A stretch of 64,000 nucleotides of DNA from the NCBI RefSeq assembly GCF_009914755.1, contig NC_060926.1, one strand, 5' to 3'. Both the position numbers and the translations under genes were made by a program. Shown piece by piece: positions 35,802 through 50,883 of this stretch (the first letter of the stretch is position 1; each line of letters opens with the position of its first letter). Source of the stretch: the human T2T-CHM13v2.0 reference genome, Homo sapiens. The notes under the pieces were generated by a model that was not told the origin of the DNA, searched no databases, and saw only the letters and a list, made by a program, of their open reading frames with translations.

Positions 35802-37612
35802 AACTCATTTATTTTTAGGGCTGAATAATATTCCATTGTCTGGATGTACCACTGTTTATCTATTCACCTACTGAAGGACATTATGGTTGTTTCCAAGTTT
35901 TGGCAATTATAAATAAAATTGTTATGAACATTTGTGTGCAGGTTTTTTGTAAATAAAATATAATTTGAATAATTATCAAGGAATATAACTGCTGGATCAT
36001 GTGGTAAGAGTATGTTTAGTTTTGTAAGAAGCTGCCAGCCTGTCTTTCAATGTGGCTATACCATATTGCATTCCCATCCACATCCTTGGAATCATTTGCT
36101 GTTATCAGTGTTTTGGAGTTTTTCTGAAAAGTATAAGGTAGTGTCTAGATTTATGTATTTATTTTTGCATGCAGATTATTTTTGCATGCAGATGTCCAGT
36201 TGCTTCAGCACTGTTTGTTGAAAAGACTGTCTTTTCTCCATTATGTTGCCTTTGCTCCTTTGTCAAAGATCAGTTGACTATATTTGTGGCTATCTATTTC
36301 TGTGTTCACTATTCCGTTCTATTGACCTGTCTGTTCTTTTGCCAATACTGCACTATCTTGATTACTGGAAGTTTATAGTAAGGCATGAAGTCAAGTAGTG
36401 TCAGTACTCTGACTTAGTTTTCCTTCAATATTGTGTTGGCTACTCTGGGTCTTTTGCCTCCCCATGTAAATGTTAGTATCAATCTGTCAATGTTCACAGA
36501 GAGTTTGCTGCAAGTTCCCTTGAGATTACATTGAATCTATAGATGAAGTTAGGAAGAACTAACATATTGACAATATTGTCTTTGAGATCTCTCAAGATTT
36601 CTTCTTTGATCCAAGTGTTATTTACAAGTGTGTTGTTTAATCTCCCAGTACTTGGGGATCTTCAAACTACCTTTCTGTTACTGGTATCTAGTTTAATTTT
36701 ACTGAGGGATTTGAGAGCAGACATTGTATGATTTTTATTTTTAAATTTGTTGAGGTGTGTTTTATGGCCAAGAATGTGGTCTGTCTTGGTGAATGTTCCA
36801 TGTGAGTTTGAGAAGAATGTGTCGTCTGCTGTTGTTGGATGAAGTATTTTATAGATGCCATTTATATCCAGTTGATTGATAGTGCTGTTGAGTTCAACTA
36901 TGTCTTTACTGATTTTCTGGCTGCTGAATCTGTCCATTACTGATAAGTGTTGAAGTTTCCAACTATAATAGTGTATTCCTCTATTTCTCCTTGGAGTTTT
37001 ATAAGTTTGTGCCTCGTGTATTTTAATGCTCTGTTGTTCGGTGCATACGCTTTAAGGATTGTTCTGTCTTCTTGAAGAATTGACTCCTTTTATCATTATG
37101 TAAAGTCCGTCTTTATCTGTGATAACATTCCTTGCTTTGAAGTCTGCTGTATCTAAAATTAATGTAGCTACTGAGTTTTCTTTTGATTCGAGTTATTATA
37201 TCTTTCTCCATCCCTTTATGTTTAATCTTGATATGTCTTTATATTTAAAGTGCGTTTCTTGTAGACAATATATAGTTGGGTCTTTTGATCCACTCTGACA
37301 ATCTCTTTTTGTGTTAATGACAATTGATGTTTAATTATTGATATTGTTGGATTAATATCTTCCATATTACTGCATTCTATTCATTGTTTTTTATTCTTCC
37401 ACTCTTCTGTGGTTTAACTGAGCATTTTGTGTGGTTCCATTTTTTTTCTCCTTAGCATATCACCTATAGTATACTTATTTATTTACTTACTTTTTTTTAG
37501 TGGTTGCTCTGGCATTTTCAATATACATTTGCATCTAATCCAAATCTACTTTTGAATAACACTATACTGCCTCATGGATAGTGCAAGGTTATCCATAAGT
37601 TACAATCACTAA

Positions 37613-37935
<323 letters not shown>

Positions 37936-38167
37936 TGCTATTATTATTTTTAACAAACTGTTGTATATTCAACCAATTAAGTAGAGAAAAATAAGTTCTT
38001 TTTTGTTTACCTTCACTTATTCCTTCTCTGATGCTCTTCTTTATGTGAAGCAAAATTTCTGACCTATATTATTATCCTCTCTGAAAAACTTCTTTTAACA
38101 TTTTTTGCAAGGCAGGTTTACTGGCAACAAATTTTCTCCTATTTTTGTTTGTTTGGGAAGGTCTTAA

Positions 38168-40447
38168 TAGGCATACCTCAGAGATACTGTGGGTTTGGTT
38201 CCAGACCACCACAATAAAGCGAATGTCTCAAAGCAAGTCATGGATTTTTTGGTTTCTCAGTGCATACAAAAGTTAGATTTACACGCTACTATAGTCCAGT
38301 AAGTGTGCAATAGAAGTAAGTCTAAAGAACCCAATGGACATAAGTTAATTTAAAAATTTTTATTGCCAAAAAATGCTAGCTATCATCCGAGCCTTTAGCA
38401 AGTTGTAATCTTTTTGTTGGTGGAAGGTCTTGCCTCCATATTGATGGCTACTGACTGATCAGGGTAGTAGTTGCTGAAGGTTGAGGTGGCTGTGTCAGTT
38501 TCTTAAAATATAACGTTGAAGTTGCTGTATCAATTGACTCTTTGTTTCACAAAATATTTATCTGTAGCATGCAGTGCTGTTTGACAGCATTTTACTCACA
38601 GTAGAACTTCTTTCAAAATTGAATCAATACTCTCAGACCCTGCATACTGCTTTATAAACTAAGTTTATGTAAAATTTTAGATCTTTTATTGTCATTTCAG
38701 CAATGTTCAGAGCATCTTCACCGGAGAAGTTTCCATCTCAGGAAACTATTTTCTGTGCTCATTTATAAGAACCAACTCCTCATTCGTTCAAGTTTTATCA
38801 TGAGATTATAGCAATGTAGTCTCATCTTTAGGCTCCACTTCTAATTCTAGTTCCCTTGCTATTTCGACCACATCTGCAGTTGCTTCCTCCACTAAAGTTT
38901 TAAACCCCTCAAAGTCATCGATAAGGGTTAGAATCAGCTTCTTCTAGACCTCTGTTAATGTTGATATTTTGACATCTTCCCATGAATAAAGAATGTTCTT
39001 AATGGGCATCAAAAGTGAATTCTTTCCAGAACATTTTCAATTTATTTTGCCCAGATCCATCAGAGGAATCACTATGTATGGCAGCTCTAGCTTTATGAAA
39101 TGTATTTCTTAAATAATAATTAAAAGTTGAAATTGCTTCTTGATCCATGAGCTGCAGAATGGATGTTATGTTAGCTGTCATGAAAACAACATTAATCTGT
39201 TTATATATCTTCATTGTAGCTTTTGGATGATCAGGTGCATTGTCAATGAGCAGTAATATTTTGACAGGAATCTTTTTTTTTGGAGCAATAGGTCTCATCA
39301 GTGGGCTTAAAATATATATTAAGAAAACCATGCTGTAAACAGATGTGCTGTCATCCAGGTTTTGTTGTTCCATTTACAGAACACAGACAGAGTAAATTTA
39401 GCATAATTCTTAAGGGTTCTAGGATTTTCAGAATGGTAATCATTGGCTTCAACTTCAAGCCACCAGCATTAGTCCCTAACAAGAGATTCTCCCGTCCTTT
39501 GTAGGCTTGAAGCCAGACATTGACTTCTCTAGCTATGAAAATCCTAGATGGCATCTTCCAATATAAGGCTCTTACCTCTACAATGGAAATCTGTTGTTTA
39601 ATATGTCCACCTTCATCATTGTCTTTGCTAGATCCACTAGCTTTCTCCTTTTCTTCTGCAGCTTCCTCACCTCTCTTGGCCTTCAAAAAATTGAAGAGAG
39701 TTACAGCCTTGCTCTGGATTGGGCTTTGGCTTAATGGAATGTTGTAGCTGGTTTGATCTTCTATCCAGATCACTTAGACTTTCTCCATATTTGCAATAAG
39801 GCTCTTTTGCTTTCTTATCATTCATGTGTTCACTGGAGTAGCGCTTTTTATTTTCTTCAAGAACTTTTGCATTCACAACTTGGCTAAACTGTTTAACACA
39901 AGAGGCCTATCTTCCAACTTATCTCGCATTTTGACCTGCCTTTCTCACTGTTTAATTATTTCTAACTTTTGATTTTAAGTGAGAGACCTGCAACTCTTCC
40001 TTCTACTTGAACACTTAGAGGCCATCATAGGGTTATTAATTGGCCTAATTTAAATATTGTTGTGCTTCAGAGAAAATGGAGGCCTGAGACGAGGCAGAGG
40101 GATGGGGGAATGGCGAGTCAGTGGAGCAGGCAGAGCACACACGACATTTATCAGTTAAGCTTGCCCTCTTATATAAGTGCAGTTCATGGCATCACAAAAC
40201 AATTACAGTAGTAAAATCAAAGATTGCTGACCATAAATCACCATAACAGATATAATAATAATAATAAAAGTATGAATTATTGTGAGAATCACCAATATAT
40301 CACACAGAGACACAAATTGAGCACATGTTGGGAAAATACCATGGATAGACTTGCTCAATGCAGGATTGCCACAAACCTTTAATTTGTAAGAATCATAATA
40401 TCTGCAAAGTGCTATAAAGTGAAGCATAATACAGTCAGCTATATCTG
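38168..40447 (-). mobile_element. Tigger1 (pogo/TcMar) DNA transposon, near full length, decayed transposase
   Basis: Termini 'taggcatacctc' and 'gctatatctg|ta'. Transposase fragments in ORFs 39351-39773 (WIEDQTSYNIPLSQSPIQSKA, CENP-B-type HTH) and 38999-39373 ([13 protein letters not shown]...ILQLMDQ, DDE domain). Confidence 0.92.
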
Positions 40448-43400
40448 TACTTCTCCTTCACTTTGAAGAATAAAAGATACAAAATTCTAGGTTGGTATTT
40501 TTTTTCCTTTTTTCTGAACATTTTAAATATATCACTCCACTCTCTGCTTTTTAGTTGTGGAAGTTTCTATGGACATATCCTCAAGCTCATTAATTCTTTC
40601 CTCAGATATGTCTAATGTACTAACCACACCATCAAAGGCATTCTTCATTTCTGTTACAGTGTTATTGGCTTCTACAATTCTTTTTGATTCTTAGAATTCC
40701 ATCTCTCTGCTGAATTACCTAATCTGTTCTTGAGTGTTGTCTACCTTTTTCTATTAGAAGCTGTAGCATATTAATAATAGTTGTTTTAAATTACTGGTTT
40801 GATAATTTCAAAATCCCTGCTATATCTGAGTCTGGTTCTGAGCTTGTTCTGTCTCTGCAAACTGTGTTTTTTTTTTTTTCCTTTTATTATGCCTTGTAGT
40901 TTTTTGTTGAAAGCGGGACATGATGTACTAGGTAAAAGGAACTGTAGTAAATAATCTTTTAGTTATATGGTAGTAAGGTATGGTGGGAGGAGAAGCATAC
41001 TATAGTCCTGTGATTAGGTCTCAGTCATATAATGAGGCTGTATTGCTGGGCTGTAATCTTCACAAGTGCTTCTAAGTTTTGCCCCCACTTAGTGGGACAG
41101 GATGGCTTAGAGGGGGCTGGAGTTGGGTACTTCCCTTCTTTGATGTCAGTTAGGTGCTGATAAAACCCCAGTAGATTAGGTTCCAGCAAAATAGTTTCTC
41201 TTGAGGGCAGCATGTGTTAGGAATAACAGAATTATCTGAGCATATTTCACAATGGCTGCTTTTTCCCTCTCCATGCAGAAAGGATAGGGAATATTTCTTT
41301 CCTTTTTACTGTGAGAACCTGGTAGAGCTCCTGAAAGTAGAACCTAGAAAACATGGGGCTCACCTAAAACTGGGCTCTCCTGGAGTTTTTAGCATTCAGG
41401 TTTGTTCATACTGAGCCTTCAGCAATTAGCCAATTACAGTTTAAGTTTTCCTCTCTTGACCCAGCTCCCACAAGGTTTATTCTCCTTTAAGTTGTGCTTC
41501 TCTGTATTTGCCAGTCTGTTCCCAATTCGGGGGATAATGGTTTGCCCTGTGTTCTCAATTCTCTGAGGGATCTAAGATTTGTTGCCTTTCAGTTTATTCA
41601 GTATTTTAACTGTTAGAATGGAGTGATGACTTCCAAGCTTCTTACGTGCTGAACCAAAACTGGAACTCCCGTCTAGCACGTTTTGAAGTGGCCCAGAGAA
41701 CTGAAACACATTGCACTGTAAGCTACAGCTCCCACTAAACAATTTTTATTGTCTATTTTTATTCCTTAACATTATCTACTCTTTATAGTTTATGCTTTTT
41801 AAAAAACTTTTGGTTAAGAAATTGGTCTACTTTCCCATCAACTATCTTTGGTTAGAACTTTACATTGACTACCCCTTCTGGTAATACTGCCCCCCATATG
41901 ACAAATCAAAGTATGGGTTTACTCCAGGCTGCCCTGACTCTCTGTCTTTGCATCCTTTCCCCAGCTATAGTGTGGCATATTCCTGGGGTAGAAGCCCTTC
42001 TGCCAGGCTGCATGCTGCAGGAGGTACATGCAAAGTAAACAAGACAAAATGAACATCATCACACATTCAGCTTCATTACATGAACGGGAAATTGAAAGCA
42101 ACATTTCCATCACATTTTCTCAATAATCAATGCCATGGAATTTTAATAATGAAAGATAGAGATTAGTACATTGTGATGTAGAGTGTTTTCAGGGAACTAG
42201 GATATTGCCTGAAAATAAATAGCATTGAACATTTCCTCACTGTTAAGTTTATGCTAGGTCCTCTTATGTCTCGCTTATCATAATTCTCTGAAGCAGGTTC
42301 CTTTGAAAAAGGCTCCATTCTTATCCCATCCTTTGTTACACTCTCTCCATGTTTTCATAGACCGTAAACTCGCTAATGCATACACATGGCAGGGACCAAG
42401 TCTCATCTCAATGCATCTTGTGTCACGGTGTACCCATCAATCCACTGTGCACTGAAAAAAGACTACAGCCCTACAACCTCTTTACTCGGGTTTTGTGCAT
42501 GCTGCTTAATTTCACTGCATCTGTCAAGCCGTTCTTTATCGAAGAGTCTAACAGCCTTTGAGTGCACGGTGCTCTATCACTTATGTAGGGGTTATATTGA
42601 TCTTTCTGGTGTGTGCTCTAAAGTGGCTGGCATCAAAAGCCAGTGAGGCAGCCAGTTTGAGCAGTATGGGCCATTTACAAACTTCAGGATGAGATGTTGC
42701 AGGATGCCAGGGAAAACATTTTTGTTTTTCCAGAGGGAACCATAGTTCATGAAATGTGGTTAATGTACCATGTTTGTATACCCTTAAAATCATTTTATAA
42801 CCACACTGAGTGCCTCTAAACATTAAATATATTTTATAAGTAGTTGGTTAACTAGCTGTTGTATGCTTTAAATAGTAAATAAAATGGAAAGGCACTAAAC
42901 AGTGACTATATTTCATAGAGTAAGATGCTTTTCCAGCCACTCAATAATTCTCAATGTTAAGAAAAATTGATTTTAGAGGCTGAGTGCCTCTAAAAATTAG
43001 CATCTTATCTTCCTACAGGGGATGATATTCAGTTAGTCTCCTTTCTTCCAGCTTTTGACTTAATGGTCTCTAAGGGTCCCTCCTTTCTGAAAAATTCTGT
43101 AGGTTATGTTGGATTATAATTTGGGCATATATGTAATTAACTGGGCAAAATATAAATCAGGAAGCAGTTCCATCTTGGCTTTTTTTGAATCTTAATTGCA
43201 AAAGAACTAGCTCTTCACACACTAACCATTCCATAACTCCCATCTCTTCTCTCTCCACCAAAGACTGCATAGAGTCCAAGCACTGCATAGAGACACCTAT
43301 AGCAAATTAAATCATTTTCCTAATTCTTTAGCAACTCTGGCCTTTAAGGAAGTCATATTGCCAATATTGAGACTTTTAAGATAAATAGAGTAATAGCTGA

Positions 43401-45339
43401 CAGCATCACAAAAGTTGAGAACTGAAGTACTCAGATACTCCACAGTTATGGAAAACTGTGTTAAAAGAAGATGCAACTCTTAGTCCTGCCTAAACCACAA
43501 CCAGCTGGGTGACCCTTGAGATGTCACAGGGCATCCTTGAGTAATCTGTTATAACCTCGGTAATGTAACTCATCAGTCAAATGCATAGTTTGAGCTAGAT
43601 TCCAGAACCTGGCAGCAGGATAATCTCCATGGGTTCCTTTTAGATCTAATAATTTATAAATTACTTCTAGCTGTTTATCTCATTCTGAAGAACCATGTGT
43701 CTCAAGTGTTCTCAACAGTTCCACAGCAGTGGGTGGCTGGCATGTTGAAGCCTGAGGAAGAACAGATAAGCATCAAACTTCCTGGGTACATATGCTTATA
43801 CTTAGAAAGAATGCAAAGAGTGAACAAAATTCTTCTCGGATACACCCTCAAAATTCCCACTGATGTCATTAGGAACTATGTGGGATTAGATGAGTATGCG
43901 TTGCTGATTTGAGTCAAATCCAGCAGTGAGCTGGCACTGATTTTTCCAGGTTAGAATGATGTTGCCTCCTGGTTCACAGACTTGAGAAAGATGTGGCAAA
44001 AAGCAAAACCCCAGGATACTATAGATTATAATTTGGGCACATATGTAATTAATTGGGCAAAGATCTCTGAGGTGGCGGTATTGCATCAATTGCCATTGTA
44101 TCCCTAGCATCCAATCAATAGCAGTTGATCAGTGAACATCTGTGGAGCTAAACTGAATCCCATAAACAAATGCAGCATAGCAGACAAAAAATGTAAACTG
44201 TCTAAAATGAAAATCCAAGAAGGCTGAGGCAGCACTCAAAATGAGCCCTCTAGTCAATAGTGTTATAACAGAAATGCCACGAAAATCATAATCTCCCAAA
44301 AAAGGAATCATTTCGCTGATTGGATTCAATCCAGAATTTGCTTTTCCAGCCAAAAAGCAGAGTAGGGTCCCACCCTTCCTCCCAACACAAATACATCCTC
44401 AAATACAGAGAAGTAAGGCAAAGGACACAGACAATGTCACCTTACTACTGAAGTAAACAATAGTAATTAACAATAGATGGCTTACCTTGTGCCAGCTACT
44501 CTTCCAAAAGCTCTATGGGTATTATCTAATTTAAATCTCACTACAGTCCTCTTAGGTAGACATTGTTATTGCCATTTTATATTATAGTTAAGGAAAAACA
44601 TGCACCAGTGTTTTGAAAAACCTCAAAGTCTGGGCAATTTAGAAGACAGATGACTGACTCTGTAGCAATAGTCACTATAGATAGCTCTGTATTTAAAATC
44701 TGAACTTCTAGTGGTCTACCACTATACAAATAAAAATATTCTCCAATTAATGTAAAACTCCATGATGTGAGAAAGCATTATAGAAAAGAACAATATGAAA
44801 CACAGGAAATGAGTCAGCAAACCAGAAGTCCAAAATGATGTGGCCAGGAAAAGAAACAATTACCATAGCCACAGTTGGAGAAAGATTTTATCTGTCCCAT
44901 TGGGTATGATCTCACTATGTATAATCCCAGTGATTAGGATATGTGTATATTCGTAACTTTTGATGCACTAGAGAATTAAATAGGCCAATAATTTTGTATA
45001 CAAAAGGGCATTTTTTTTCCATGGCTAGCCCTAGGCAAAATTGTAGACTATGATGGAGTAATGGGCTTATATATCAGATCTGGATATGAATTATGACTTT
45101 TACCAACTGGTCACAAGTCCCATGGCTGTCCTGACAGAGGTCCAGGACCCCTTCCTGAACAGCAACCATGGTAGCTCACTAGTATTTAATTTTTCCTCTT
45201 AACTGTGGAATGCAACCTCATGTTAATAAGACTTAGATAAAATAGGTGAGTAAACAGAGAGTAGACCCAACTTTTGAACGCCTCAGTGGTTATATCTACT
45301 TCTCCTATGTAGAAGACTAACCCTGATTATTAACTTATT

Positions 45340-46095
45340 CGATGTTTAGTCAACAGATGTTTGTTGAAACATACAATGTGTCAGAAACTGACTAGTATCT
45401 GGGGATAAATCTAGTGAGAAAGGTCTCTACAAACATTGCTAACAAGGGAGACTAACAAATATAGTGAAGCACTAATAAGTGCTAGGAGAAACGTAAAGGA
45501 GGCAGTGTGGCTTGGCAAGGAGTATGGTGATATCAGATATCAGATGATCATGAAAGGCACTGCGGAAATTACATTTAGCACAGAGCTGAAGGAGGTGAAG
45601 GACCAAGTCATGAAGATACTTAGGGAAAAGGGTGAAACCCTGATGTTTCAAGGTAGATGTATGTTGTCATATTCAATGAGTTTTAAGTAGCAGAAGGGTC
45701 AAGCTGGGAAAGGGTAGCTGGTTAGCTCAGATCAATCAGGTTTCATCCTTAGCCTTATAGGCCATAATAAGCATTTCGGTTTTTATTCTAAGAGAGATGA
45801 GAAACATGAAAAAATCGTATGATCCTTTAGGTTTTAAAAGGACCATTCTGGCTATGGGTTGAGAATGGGGAGGAGGCAGAGTGAAATGAAGGTGATAAGT
45901 TAGAAGACCATTGCAAATCCCAACTTTCTTTCAAGGCTTGGGCAAGGATGATTTTGCTGGAGGTGGTGAGAAAAGGTTGATTTGGGAGACATTTGGGATT
46001 AAAGCCTGGAGCTTTGCTGATGATTTGGATATGGGATGTGAGGAAAAGAAAGGATGCAAACATGACTAAGATTTTTGCCTGAGCAACCAGAATAT
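45340..46095 (-). mobile_element. L2 fragment
   Basis: 'tttgctgatgatttggatatgggatgtgaggaaaagaaagga', 'ttttgcctgagcaaccaga'. Confidence 0.75.
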
Positions 46096-49000
46096 TAACT
46101 AAATGATTATAGCATAATCTCAGTTTTCTTTCCTCAAAGACATCTGTTTAACTTTTCAGATTAGTTATGACACCACACAACTTATCACACACAAAAAAAG
46201 AAAAAGAAATTCTATCACATTATATCTAGCCTCCACTCCCTAACAGAAGTTGAGGTCATTTACAACATTAAAACCTAAATAAAGTCAAACAGTTGGAATA
46301 GAAATAAAAACACAAACAAATAGAAGTGAAAAATAGTAGGAAGACATAGAACCTAGGAAATATTCCCTACTTCTGTTTCTAGCTGAAAGAACAAGCTAAA
46401 TTGCTTGAATTCCAGAACTTCAAATCAAGGAACATGTTTCCTCAGATGCTCCACCCAAACTGTAATAATTGCTTAAGCCCCACAAATCCAGAATTAACAC
46501 AATTTGCTAAAGTAGGCTGGTGCCAGCCCGAAGGTATATCAGGGACAAACACTACAGAATGAGAGAAGAAAGGTCATTCACCAGGTTTGGGGCCATAAAG
46601 AATACACAATTGTCCACTTCCCTGCCTGCAGAGCCTGTCTCTTCCTTGCCAATTCCCTTTACCACGCATCCAATAAGCCCCGGTTTTCTGGGTGAAGTGT
46701 GCCTTTTTTCCCTAAGACTCTTGATTCCTCGAAGTTTTAAGTTTTTCTACCAACCCATTCTTCCTCAAATTAATAATACTGTGAGCTGAGACTCGTCTGT
46801 TCTGTGTGACCCCTTTTTGCCTCCCAGGGACTCTTACGCATATCCCTAAGACATAAAAGGAACCAGTTTGTCTTTCCTTTTCCTACTCGAAGGAATGTGT
46901 GAGAGTCATTTCTGTTGAGCCATTGCCCTGACACCTAATATTTTCATAAGGAATAAGCAAACTGTCAGGTTTAGTCAGACTCGACACTCCTCATAGGCAA
47001 CTTCAGAATTTAAAGTCACCAGCACTAAGATTACTCACCTTTTCAAACAGTCTCTAATCTGAGCTCCATGTTTGGGAGTTGAACTAGGCTGGCACCATTG
47101 CTTTAAAGTCTTAATTATTTCAGCACAGGATGGTTATGGAGAGGCTTAGAAAGTACTATATAATTTCATCTGTTTAATAACATTTCAGGAACTAGAATCA
47201 AAAGAATGGTAATACTCTAGATTCCAGTGTCAATGTCAAACCTCCCATGGATGTGGTCTTACAATCTGGATCTGAGGAAGGGGTTAAAAGCATTTCAGAT
47301 AAAGAAAAGAAACTTAGCCTTGCAGCCCACCTGGAACATCACCATCCCCTTAATGAGTAAACCTGGCAAATCTTTCCAATAAGGAAGAAAGTAGAAGCAG
47401 AGCCCTCAGTTCCCTTTCATACAACTTATGATACCAGAACCAGAAGGGCCAAGAGGAACAAGGCAGCCAGACGTACCATTCCTGAAATAAAAGTCAAAAA
47501 ATGGAAACACAATAATCTCTTGAAACCCCTCCCACATATAAACACTGACCTGGGCGTGGAAATAAGAGGACACCTGTCTCCTCAGACTGGGCCACAGACA
47601 CTGGCATGGAAATATCTTTGAAGGTAGTTCCCCACATCTGTCTTCTGAAAGCTATACATAGATATTTTCCTTAATGATAATTTTTATTGATCACTTATTG
47701 TGTGCCAGGAATTATATGATTTCTTTACTTGTAGGTCATGGTAACTTTAGGGAGTACCATTATTTCCCTTAAGATACACATTCCTTACCCACAGTAGATT
47801 TTCCTTCATTTAATTCTAAGTCTTGTTGATCCACATTGTTTTCCCAAGACTTCGAGAGTAACAACACTTGAGTGGTGAAGTTCAAAATATTTTAGACTAA
47901 TGAAAATGACCTTGAGACAACATAATCTAAAGTTTGAGTTCTGACTTAACCTCTTAGTCTTATTTAGTAATGCTACATAAGTAATGCCCCTATTGCCTCC
48001 TAAATAGTTCATTTCATTTTAATCTTGTCCCCGTTCTGAAGCTGAGGCTGGATTAGAAAAATTGACTTGCTTCCATGAAGATGTCCAGTATAGATGTATA
48101 GGGCAGGCTACAATCCCATAATCAACAGGTTTGATGACTGGGAGACACCATGGGTGGGGCTAAAAGTCCTCTAAGAACCCAATGATCATTAGTGAGGAGA
48201 GACAACCCCCTTCCTCCAGCTCTTGGTGTTTGGATGTTTGAGCTGTCAAATGAGGATTCTTGGAGATTTTAATTATGCTTTGCATTTGAGGTCAGAAGCT
48301 GGGCTTTGTTCTTCCTTGTCACCCTATACCCTGCGCAGAGCCTGACATGCAGAAGATGCTCAGCCATGTTTTGGGAGAGAAGGGAGGGAGGTAAAAAAGA
48401 AGGGAATGACATATGGTTAAACACAGGACTAGATCAAAGAATATGCTTGCAAATAAATATTGCCCTGTGATATGTCTTCTGTTTTTAATCTTGAGGGATA
48501 TTTTTTATTATTTCACTTTTTATTGTTTAAAAATTTTTTTCCTTTAATAGGAATAAACTATGAGAACAAATATTTGCCTTTTTATTTTATTTTTCATGTC
48601 TGCTTTATGGCAGCAAGCACAGGATTAGCAGAGGCTTTACAATATTTATGATTTGACTTACTTGCAATGAATATTATTTCATATTGATTGAACTTTAAGT
48701 TAAATAAAATTTTCATGCAAACTTTTTTTGCTTTTTAAAAAGCTTCTTCAGATTCTGAAGTTTAAATCTTGTCCCCATTCTGAAGCTCAGAGTAGATCAG
48801 AAAAAAATGACTTGGTTTCATGAAGATGTCATGCATATTAACATACATTTTCTATTTCCTAACAATTATTTGACATGGATTTCATGTGGACTTTTCAAGT
48901 GATTTGCCTTAAAATATTACCTAAATTATTAACTCAAAATTTCAATTGCATATACAACATTCTAAATTCATCTCCAATTTTTCCCTTCAGGATTCATTAT

Positions 49001-50883
49001 TATACTTTTATTTATTAGCAAAGAGATACATTTTTTGAGTAACTTCCCTAATCAAACATTTTAAAAGTACACAGATACACCCCAAAGAGCCTGTAGCTTT
49101 AGTCTGATCTCTAAAAATTGCAGATAAGCCTCTATATAGAAGATAGTTGAAATGTATTTATTATAAATTCAAGGGACAAGATTATTCATGATTTCCTAGC
49201 TGTATGGTACTAGATGAAATCATTCATAATTCGGGCAAGTTAACACTTCGTTCCTATTAACATGTGGAGATCTAGATAACAGTCAAGATCAAACCAACAG
49301 AATTTCATTCAAATTTGGAGAGTTGGAGAGAACCAAAAGTTTGTTCTAGGAAGCAATAAAAAAAATGAGGTTTGGTTAAATTCTAAGATCAATAAATTAG
49401 TATGATTTATTTGAAGCTGAAGGTTATGAAAAGTCCATTTTCAAAACACTGGTTGATTGTGTTTCTGAACCAAAAAGCCAACAAATATTTACTGAGTGTC
49501 TACTATCTCCATGGCCCTATTAGGTGCTAGTGATGGATACAAAAAAATATATAAAATATGATTGGTGATTACCCACATGAAGCTTTCAATCATGTTAGAA
49601 AGGAAGAAAAAGACACTTATGCATAAAAAGTTACAATATCAACTGGTGTTTTGCAAATTAGTTCATATTTACTTTGTTCTTATTCTCTTTTAAAATTCTC
49701 AGGAAGCTACATGTAATTTCTAGAAAAGGTGATAATTTAAACAATGTTTAAAATTTAGTAGAAAGAATTAGGCCAAAATAAATATTTAAGTGTAAAATTC
49801 AAACAATTGTTAAAAATGTATTTTACAGGCAGAACAAACAAGGGAAATTATATTTATTAAAACTCAGATGATTAGAAAAGCAACCAGCGGAGCTGGATAA
49901 AAGAAAGTTTAATATAAAACTCTTGGAGGACAACAGCCTTGGTGCAATGAAAGGTGTCCAGACCCAGGAGGGCTTCCATCAGAGCACTTCCTTTCTTTCC
50001 GGACCCTGCAGAGTACAAAATCCTCGTAGGTGCATCCTTAATTATTTCTTCACATAACACAGAAGCATGAGCCAGCTTTAAAATTCTAGCTAAAGAATAG
50101 GGCCTTGGGCATCAAATACATGCACACATAAAGAAGTTCTTTCATACTTAGGAAAGTAGAGACTGAACTATTGTGCAAGCAGAAAGGGTAAGAAGCCAGG
50201 AGAGGCCCCAGAGTATACCATTCACTATGTGTGCAGTAATTTCTGTAAGAAGGTAGTGACATGCTTGTCTGCCTCACAGATTACCCGCCCAGAAAGCCTA
50301 TGTTAAAGAAAGGAAAAAAAAAAAAAAAAAAAAAGAGTTGACCAAAAAGTACTAGTAGAGCATAGTCTCTTATAAAAAAATATTTTTATAAATAAAAAGA
50401 AGTGCACTTTTATGAGCAAGGTCACATTTACCTTCAGGAAACTGTCATGTTTGGGAGTTGGGTGTGGAGATGGAGCAGCTTGTGTTTGGGGTAGACAAAG
50501 AATGCATTACCTGTAAGGCAGGTAAATTATCAAGTGGGAATCACTTACCTCCTGTTAGAACTACAGGAGATGTTGAAAACTATTTACTTACTAAATAAAC
50601 AAGCAAATAAAATGAAGATGAGGGGTTAATAGAACTCAATTCAGGACACAAAAACAGTGCAGAAAATCATGAAGATCAACAGAAATATTATTGCTACTGA
50701 AGAACAAATGATTTGAGGAATAGATGGGGACAGATTGCAAAGGTCAAGAAGTTTAAGCTTTTGGACTTGAATCAATGAGCAATGGAAGGTCCATTAAAGC
50801 TTGAGAGGCCAGGAAGGCTAAGGATAGGGCCAGCTGGAGAATATGAATCAAATTCCGATTCAGGAAGATTTATCTGGTAAGCT

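Noticed and set aside
38999-39876. Tigger1 transposase ORFs as a domesticated TIGD-like gene
   Set aside because: Split across frames with stops and deletions, and still bounded by the transposon ends.
41919-42823. Cluster of short ORFs in repeat-poor sequence
   Set aside because: No recognisable protein similarity or convincing splice-site pairs; lengths are within chance expectation.
50314-50334. Isolated poly(A) run
   Set aside because: No adjacent SINE body, ORF or TSD recognised; treated as a simple mononucleotide repeat.
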